Of a stretch of DNA of 64,000 bases, positions 58,323 through 64,000 are shown one piece after another (the stretch's first letter is position 1; each line of letters starts with the position of its first letter). The stretch spans positions 131,151-195,150 of the forward strand of contig JBGSJG010000001.1 in the NCBI GenBank assembly GCA_041742135.1. The letters run 5' to 3'. Below the pieces are notes generated by a model. That model did no database searches and was not told the origin of the DNA. It saw only the letters and a program-made list of their open reading frames with translations. The DNA comes from Patescibacteria group bacterium. GTDB lineage: Bacteria > Patescibacteriota > Microgenomatia > UBA8517. The position numbers and the translations under genes were made by a program.

Positions 58323-58664
58323 CTATAAAAAGGTCCCTCTAAACCCAGGGACACCCAAGAGCAATCCAACAATTTGAACAATCCAGTATGCGCAAAAAAT
58401 AATTACAAATCCTATTAGGGCTTGGGTAAGGCGTGCTTTGGCGCTCTCGAGCGCCTTAGGGTCGCCCTTTGAAGTCATCATTGAAAGGCCAGCGGAAATG
58501 AAAAAGAAAAGAAAGGCTGCTCCAGCGACAAAAAAAATAATATTCATTATCCCCCAATTGAAAAGCCGACCGATTGTGGCGGAACCTGCGAATCTGTAAT
58601 CACTCCCAAGGGCACCTTCAAGTTCTCCATAGTTCGGTAATTGTGCGAGTACAGCATTGAACAT
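58323..58664 (-). CDS. VirB2/TrbC-like pilin paralogue 7
   Basis: Two TM helices, loop TSKGDPKA. Confidence 0.6.
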   Translation of the reverse strand: MFNAVLAQLPNYGELEGALGSDYRFAGSATIGRLFNWGIMNIIFFVAGAAFLFFFISAGLSMMTSKGDPKALESAKARLTQALIGFVIIFCAYWIVQIVGLLLGVPGFRGTFL

Positions 58665-58688
58665 AGTTATATTTTACTATTTATCGTC

Positions 58689-60218
58689 TTAGCTAAACAA
58701 GCCTAAGATGTTTACTCCTACAAATCTTAGCAAAAAGACAGAGAGAACTATCATTAAGAGGCCTCCGATGGATGAAAAAAACAATGCTTTTGAGTTTTCC
58801 AGTTTTTTTGGATCTCCACTTGAAGTGGCAAACATGAAGCCCGCCACAGCAATCAAAAATAGGGCAATGCCTCCGCCCACTGACAATCCCCATTGGATGA
58901 AAAATCTTGTAGTGCTTTGGACTAACTGCAAGGGAATACAGCCGATGGCTGTGTCTATGCCAAGCTCAGTGCCGTCTGAGCACAAAGGATTATTCTGTGC
59001 TGGAACTCCACCTAGCTGTCTGCATAAACCAGAAGTAGGGCAACAAAAGAGCGCTCCGTCGATATCGACCGTGTCTCCTGCTCGATCGCACAGTATTCCT
59101 CCAGCGTTTTCGCAAAATACTTCAGTCGCTCCTTCTGGGGCTTGGATACACTGAGTCGACAGTGAGCAAGTGCCGCCGTTACAGTGTCCAGAAAGGCATT
59201 GGGAATCATCAGTGCATGATCCTCCGAGACCAATTTCTCCACCACCACACCAACAGTAAGTTAGGCCAGGTGTCGCTTGAACTTCCGGTGATCCTTCGTC
59301 GCAATAATATGCGCCACCATCATTCTGGCAGCATGATTGCCCGTATGAGCCGCACCCCGCTGTGTTCCCTGTGACACAACTGCCTCGTAGCCCCGCCGCA
59401 ATTGGTAGCCCAGTTGCACTTGTGGGGTGAATCCAGCACTGACGCAAGCCAAAAAGATCGCAGTCGCTTTGGATAATGTTGTCGAGGCAGGCTTCTTCTT
59501 CAAAAGTTAGGGTGCTACATTGGCCACCTCGATTGCTACAATTAAATACTACGGGCTCAGTTTCGTTTGGAGTGCAAACTCCTGGTAGATCTACATAGCT
59601 TCCAGGAAACTCAGCACACCATTCGGAGGCAGTCATTGACCCGTTGCATCTAAGATCTTCTGTACTACTGCAAGATTGGTTGTTTAAGCAACCATCACCT
59701 TCTAGTCCACCTGTGCGAGGTATGCATTTAAACTGGATGCACTGAAAGGCTGGGTCGCAAAGACTATCTATATCGCAAGCGTCACAAATCAAACCGCCTT
59801 CGACTGGGCTAACTCTTACAAAAACTGCGTCGATGGCTGTACAGAGATTTGTATAGAAAGGGCCTCCATCCCACCTGCGCAAAACGATCGTATTGCCTAT
59901 TGTTCCTTCAACAAAGAGGGAATTGCCATTGTTGTCATTTAATATGGACAACTGGACAGTTCCTCCTGTTTTGACAATATTACCTACGTCAATCCATCTG
60001 TCTGTTCGAGGAGACCAAATGTGATACCTCGTGTTGTCTGCGCTGGGATCATTGGGTGCGTTATTTATTGTGATGTTTACAGATTCGCCAGGATTTACTG
60101 TTGGCGTATTAACTACGATTGCACAACCGGATTGCGCTGAAGCGGTCCGGGGAGCAAGGGCCGCAGTATTTACAAAAAGGCCAAGTCCAAGTAGTAGCAA
60201 AACTAACTTTTTTTTCAT
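58689..60218 (-). CDS. Cys-rich secreted protein (509 aa) with a C-terminal pilin-like two-TM module
   Basis: Signal peptide MKKKLVLLLLGLGLFVNTAALA. The ectodomain has at least 45 Cys. The C-terminus is DTAIGCIP…GGIALFLIAVAGFMFATSSGDPKK…LLRFVGVNILGLFS, the same helix-loop-helix as the small pilins. Confidence 0.6.
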   Translation of the reverse strand: MKKKLVLLLLGLGLFVNTAALAPRTASAQSGCAIVVNTPTVNPGESVNITINNAPNDPSADNTRYHIWSPRTDRWIDVGNIVKTGGTVQLSILNDNNGNSLFVEGTIGNTIVLRRWDGGPFYTNLCTAIDAVFVRVSPVEGGLICDACDIDSLCDPAFQCIQFKCIPRTGGLEGDGCLNNQSCSSTEDLRCNGSMTASEWCAEFPGSYVDLPGVCTPNETEPVVFNCSNRGGQCSTLTFEEEACLDNIIQSDCDLFGLRQCWIHPTSATGLPIAAGLRGSCVTGNTAGCGSYGQSCCQNDGGAYYCDEGSPEVQATPGLTYCWCGGGEIGLGGSCTDDSQCLSGHCNGGTCSLSTQCIQAPEGATEVFCENAGGILCDRAGDTVDIDGALFCCPTSGLCRQLGGVPAQNNPLCSDGTELGIDTAIGCIPLQLVQSTTRFFIQWGLSVGGGIALFLIAVAGFMFATSSGDPKKLENSKALFFSSIGGLLMIVLSVFLLRFVGVNILGLFS

Positions 60219-60219
60219 G

Positions 60220-60990
60220 CTAGAAAAAACCTAACAAATTTACACCAATAAATCTTAATAGGTAAACAGATAGCACTACCATAATCAGGCCGCCGATCGC
60301 CGATAGCAGTAATTCTTGGCCGCCTTGCAAACGCCTCGGGTCACCTTGGGAAGTTGTTATTCTAAAGGCTGCAAAGCCAATAAGAAGAAGGGCAATTCCG
60401 CCTGCTATGCCAATTGCCCATGTAAGAAAAAACTTCGTCATTTCAGGTACGTTGTTTAGTGGTATACAGCCGATCGCCGTGTTGACCCAACCTTCGCCTT
60501 CCTCGCAACCTTGAGATACCAATTCTGAAGCGGGGATTACGGTTCCATCACCTGGGGTGCCGTCATCGGCCGGAGGTATGGTGGTTGTTGGTACGCACGA
60601 AAATATGGAAGTTGAACTGCAAGTAGTAGCAGTAAGGCTTTGACACCCACCCCCCGGCTGATATCCAGATGCGCAGTTGCTGACTGTATTACAGACCCTG
60701 CCTACTGGGTCCCAATTGCAGGTGTATTTATTTATTAACCCGGCTGGTGCAGTACAAGGGAAACTAGCAGAGTTGCATACAGCGGTACCTTGACTGGTAA
60801 GAGAAATACATAGACTAGGATTCGTGCTTTCTCCAAGTGATTCGTCACAGGATTCGCTTCCTACTCCACATGCGCCAAAAGTGTTTTCCCATGCACATGA
60901 GAAAAAATTTGAAGATGCTTGAGCTTTCACATCAGTTGTGAAGAAAAAAAACAGAAACACTGGAAATAGTAAAAACAAAACCCTTTTCAT
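60220..60990 (-). CDS. Cys-rich secreted protein (256 aa) with a C-terminal pilin-like module
   Basis: Signal peptide. Cys-rich ectodomain. The C-terminus is NTAIGCIP…TTSQGDPRR…LLRFIGVNLLGFF. Confidence 0.6.
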   Translation of the reverse strand: MKRVLFLLFPVFLFFFFTTDVKAQASSNFFSCAWENTFGACGVGSESCDESLGESTNPSLCISLTSQGTAVCNSASFPCTAPAGLINKYTCNWDPVGRVCNTVSNCASGYQPGGGCQSLTATTCSSTSIFSCVPTTTIPPADDGTPGDGTVIPASELVSQGCEEGEGWVNTAIGCIPLNNVPEMTKFFLTWAIGIAGGIALLLIGFAAFRITTSQGDPRRLQGGQELLLSAIGGLIMVVLSVYLLRFIGVNLLGFF

Positions 60991-61009
60991 ACTTCAAGTT
61001 TAGCACAAG

Positions 61010-61918
61010 CTAAAACAAGTTAAGAAGTTCTTCGGAAACGAAACGGATAATAAAAATAGACAGAAGGATCATTATAAGCCCTGCTATGGCCGATGATAAT
61101 GTGTCTCGTGCATCCTGAAGCCTTTTTGGGTCGCCCTTGGTTGTCATTATTTTTACAGCTGAAATTGAAATTAAAAATAATGCAATTCCACCTGCGACTC
61201 CCAGACTCCACCTAATCATAAACTGCGTGAACGATTCGACGCTCTGAAAAGGAACGCAGCCGATTGCTGTGTCAATCCAGCCAATACCTTCAATACATTC
61301 ACCCGCCACTTTGGCGGCAGTATGAGTTGCTGTTATGCAGCAGGTTGGTTGGCTGTCTGGGCAGTAAGCAAAAATAATTTCCTCGTCAGGAGCACATGAA
61401 CTTCTACAATTACCGCCGGCAGTGGGGCAGTCTGCTGGAGCTGCAGCCTCACACTGACTTGAGCACTGGTACTCATTGATATATGGCGGGTCCACGCCCC
61501 CTACGCATTCGACCAAGGGTGTGTCTGGGTCAAGATCGCATTCGATACAGGTTCTACTTTGGCAGAAATAACCCAAGCTTCCCGTTGGGGGTGGCATTTC
61601 GAGACAAGCTTGGATAATTGGAGCATTTCCGCATTCTGCAAAAGAGTAGTCTTCACACATTGAATCCAAAAGCAGGTCGTCGATGGGAGGAGGGTCCCCT
61701 GTAGGTGTCCACCCAGGGCGGCACAGCTCTGCTGAGGTATATATACCGCGGGTGGTGTGTGCACACCTTCCTAGCTCATCGCTCCAGGCACAAACCCAAC
61801 AACCACTTTCTTCAAAACCACTACCACATTCTTCAGGTCCAGCTTGAGCGTTTTTGGCTCCCAAGAAGGTAGACAAAAACAAGAGAAAGACAATGAATGC
61901 CAGCCTTATAAACTTCAC
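61010..61918 (-). CDS. Cys-rich secreted protein (302 aa) with a C-terminal pilin-like module
   Basis: Signal peptide. Cys-rich ectodomain. The C-terminus is DTAIGCVP…TTKGDPKR…IIRFVSEELLNLF. Confidence 0.6.
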   Translation of the reverse strand: MKFIRLAFIVFLLFLSTFLGAKNAQAGPEECGSGFEESGCWVCAWSDELGRCAHTTRGIYTSAELCRPGWTPTGDPPPIDDLLLDSMCEDYSFAECGNAPIIQACLEMPPPTGSLGYFCQSRTCIECDLDPDTPLVECVGGVDPPYINEYQCSSQCEAAAPADCPTAGGNCRSSCAPDEEIIFAYCPDSQPTCCITATHTAAKVAGECIEGIGWIDTAIGCVPFQSVESFTQFMIRWSLGVAGGIALFLISISAVKIMTTKGDPKRLQDARDTLSSAIAGLIMILLSIFIIRFVSEELLNLF

Positions 61919-61968
61919 AACTTAGTATAACCCAAAACATCACTTTGTTCAGATTGGTATAATGAATC

Positions 61969-63648
61969 ATGAAGTTGCCGCGCGTGCTTACTGCCTTTGT
62001 AATATTTGTCTTTTTGTCGCATCTTTTTAATCTGGTTTATGCGGCTAATTGTCCCTCAACTGACTACGACTGCCAGATTGCCGAAATTCAAAAAGAAATC
62101 GATGCCCTTTCTCCCGCACACGAAAACAACAAACAGGAATTATCTGATTTACAAAAACAGTTTGTGTCGCTCAAGGCGAGGATCTCGCAGATTTCAAATG
62201 AACTAATTAATGTTGCAAGCAGAATCGAAGATCGGGAAGAAGACCTTGCTTACACAAAAGAGGTTTTTGAAGAGAAAGCAGACAGTCACTATAGATTTAT
62301 CCGTACTTACGACCCAATCCTGCCTTTTATTTCATCGGAGGATGCTTCAAGTGCTCTAATTGAGGTCGGTCTTCGCTCCCGTGCCGCAGATGGTGACCGC
62401 CAGACAATGGAGGGCTACGCCACAGAGCTTATTAAGCTTAAAGAAGATCAAGACAATCTGACCAAAAACAAGCAAAGCTTGGCTAACGCACAAGCAAGTG
62501 TGGATAGCCGCGCCAAATTTTTGGAAGGGGAAATCGGTAAAGTAGAGGATTATATCCAGAGCTTATCGAGCCGACAAGAAGAACTATTAGCACTTAAGGC
62601 AGGAGGCTTTTCAACTTCCATTGGAGACACGCCTGCAACTCTTGAGCCTTGTAGCGGTCCTCCGGGAAGTGCCAATTTTTGCGATCCTGGTTTCAGGCCG
62701 GCTTTTGCCGCCTTTTCTTTTGGAGCTCCACACCGAACTGGCATGAGCCAATACGGTGCACTAGGTCGCTCGAAATCTGGGCAATCTGCGGAGACAATTT
62801 TGTCTGCATATTATCAAGGAGCAGAGCTGACCAAAGGGTTTGGTGTTCCTGACACTATTGGCGTTACGGGGATTGGCCGTGTTTCGTTTGAAGAAAATTA
62901 CTTGATGGGTATTTACGAAGTGCCGGAAAAGTGGGGAGACGAAGGCGGGTTTGAGGCCCTAAAAGCTCAGGCTGTGGCTGCTCGTAGCTATGCCTTGTCA
63001 GTAACCAATAACGGCGCGGGAACTATTTGCCCCACTGAATCTTGCCAGGTTTACAAGCCACAGCTCAAAACTGGTAAGTGGGCAGAAGCTGTACGTGCTA
63101 CTAGAGGATGGGTGATTACCCGTGGAGGCCAGCCTGTGTCGACATATTACTCAGCCTCTACTGGTGGATTTACAATTTCACAGTGGGGTTGGAGCGGAAT
63201 TAAAGACACATCTGGAGATTGGCCGGGGACTGCATACGAGAAAATTGGTGGAAGCCCTTGGTTTTATAAGGGCTGGTACAAAAGTCGGGCAGGTAACAGT
63301 TGTGGTAGAGGTAATCCCTGGCTTTCTTCAGAAGACATGGCAGATATCTTAAATGCTTGGAAGGTTTTATATCAAGGTGGTGGAGATGTGGGGCGTGTAT
63401 CGCCCGTGGGTGAGTGTTGGGGAGGAAACCCCTATCCTAAGGGTGAGCTTGCAAACATTGGGGGGTACACTAGCGTGAGCTCTGTCTCGGTTGTGTATTC
63501 AAATTCGGGTTCTACTCAGTCGGTGAGCTTTTCCACCAACAAAGGGTCGGTAGGAATTTCAGGAGAGGAACTTAAGCGCGCTTTCAATCTCCGTGCACCG
63601 GGATATGTAGGCATCAAGTCTTCGCTTTTTAATATAGAAAAGATATAA
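61969..63648 (+). CDS. SpoIID/LytB-domain protein with an N-terminal signal/TM and a coiled-coil region
   Basis: Coiled-coil at 40-220. The SpoIID/LytB signature is …GAPHRTGMSQYGALGRSKSGQSAETILSAYYQGAEL… and …AQAVAARSYAL…. Confidence 0.7.
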   Translation: MKLPRVLTAFVIFVFLSHLFNLVYAANCPSTDYDCQIAEIQKEIDALSPAHENNKQELSDLQKQFVSLKARISQISNELINVASRIEDREEDLAYTKEVFEEKADSHYRFIRTYDPILPFISSEDASSALIEVGLRSRAADGDRQTMEGYATELIKLKEDQDNLTKNKQSLANAQASVDSRAKFLEGEIGKVEDYIQSLSSRQEELLALKAGGFSTSIGDTPATLEPCSGPPGSANFCDPGFRPAFAAFSFGAPHRTGMSQYGALGRSKSGQSAETILSAYYQGAELTKGFGVPDTIGVTGIGRVSFEENYLMGIYEVPEKWGDEGGFEALKAQAVAARSYALSVTNNGAGTICPTESCQVYKPQLKTGKWAEAVRATRGWVITRGGQPVSTYYSASTGGFTISQWGWSGIKDTSGDWPGTAYEKIGGSPWFYKGWYKSRAGNSCGRGNPWLSSEDMADILNAWKVLYQGGGDVGRVSPVGECWGGNPYPKGELANIGGYTSVSSVSVVYSNSGSTQSVSFSTNKGSVGISGEELKRAFNLRAPGYVGIKSSLFNIEKI

Positions 63649-63656
63649 TTGCTCAA

Positions 63657-64000
63657 ATGCCAGAAGTTTATGTAAGCGACTTGCCAAACAAGCCGCAATC
63701 TTCGCACAATTCGAGACCAGACGTTACCCGCCACAGGCATCTGCCGGACAAGAAGGCCCTTCCTGGATATACAAGAAGTCGAGTGGCAGCCTATTGTTAC
63801 TATCCGGATCACGTTAAATTTGTAGGAGCGGACAGTCAGGAAAAAGTGGTCCTTCTTCTCCGCCGCCACATGATCACCAACTTAGGTTGGATTGTGACCT
63901 CAATTCTTTTAGTTTCAACGCCAATAGTGCTTTTAGTGTTTGAGTTGTTGAGCTTTGTGCCGGCAAATGTGCTTTTGGTGGGGTTATTGTTTTGGTATTT
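63657..64000 (+). CDS. Hypothetical membrane protein, 3'-truncated by the window edge. Absent from the ORF track because no stop lies in the window.
   Basis: ATG at 63657, open to the end of the window. A hydrophobic helix is present (…IVTSILLVSTPIVLLVFELLSFVPANVLLVGLLFWY…). Confidence 0.35.
   Translation, partial: MPEVYVSDLPNKPQSSHNSRPDVTRHRHLPDKKALPGYTRSRVAAYCYYPDHVKFVGADSQEKVVLLLRRHMITNLGWIVTSILLVSTPIVLLVFELLSFVPANVLLVGLLFWY

Noticed and set aside
40346-61918. The T4SS-like block as an integrative conjugative element, plasmid insertion or phage
   Set aside because: There is no integrase or recombinase, relaxase, coupling protein, or flanking direct repeats. The nearest tRNA (tRNA-Cys at 13.5 kb) is 27 kb away. 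The block is contiguous with dnaN and oriC, so it looks like native core chromosome.
63516-63869. 117-aa minus-strand ORF overlapping the 3' end of the SpoIID-like gene and the downstream + strand partial ORF
   Set aside because: It lies antisense to two better-supported coding regions, has no motif or RBS, and has a Cys/Arg-rich 'shadow ORF' composition.
1-64000. CRISPR arrays, rRNA genes, transposases or IS elements
   Set aside because: I saw no regularly spaced direct repeats, rRNA-like conserved stretches, or DDE/transposase-like ORFs anywhere in the window.

Overview
The window reads as the replication-origin neighbourhood of a small, streamlined genome. The gene content and style look Candidate Phyla Radiation / Patescibacteria-like; this is an impression from the sequence, not a database hit.

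The core is an unmistakable rpmH-rnpA-yidD-yidC-jag | dnaA-dnaN block at about 35.5-40.3 kb, with DnaA-box-like 9-mers on both sides of dnaA. The first ~35 kb is mostly housekeeping. It holds a UvrD-type helicase fused to a Cas4/AddB-like Fe-S nuclease, rmuC, metG, a tRNA-Cys, hsp20, galU, dprA, yraN, gdh, comM, groES-groEL, tsaD, valS and rplY. It also holds a cell-envelope glycosylation cluster: a processive GT2, a GT-C (ArnT/PMT-like) enzyme, a WecA-like GT4 and a UbiA-family prenyl-phosphoribosyltransferase-like enzyme.

The outstanding content is a ~21 kb block (40.3-61.9 kb) directly next to dnaN. It looks like a minimal Gram-positive/CPR-style type IV secretion / pilus-like machine. Its parts are:
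- a VirB3-like two-TM protein fused to a Pro-rich linker and a beta-sandwich domain;
- a VirB4 ATPase split into two translationally coupled ORFs;
- a membrane M23 peptidase;
- a VirB6/TrbL-like polytopic protein;
- a 1094-aa Cys-rich secreted protein with glycosidase-like and lytic-transglycosylase-like motifs;
- an 810-aa soluble protein with no recognisable domain;
- seven small VirB2/TrbC-like 'pilin' paralogues, six of them in a tight tandem array;
- three large Cys-rich secreted proteins whose C-termini are the same pilin-like module behind a conserved (D/N)TAIGC(I/V)P motif.

I found no coupling protein (VirD4), VirB11, relaxase, integrase or CRISPR. All calls are by-eye motif recognition on the supplied translations. 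No database search was possible.
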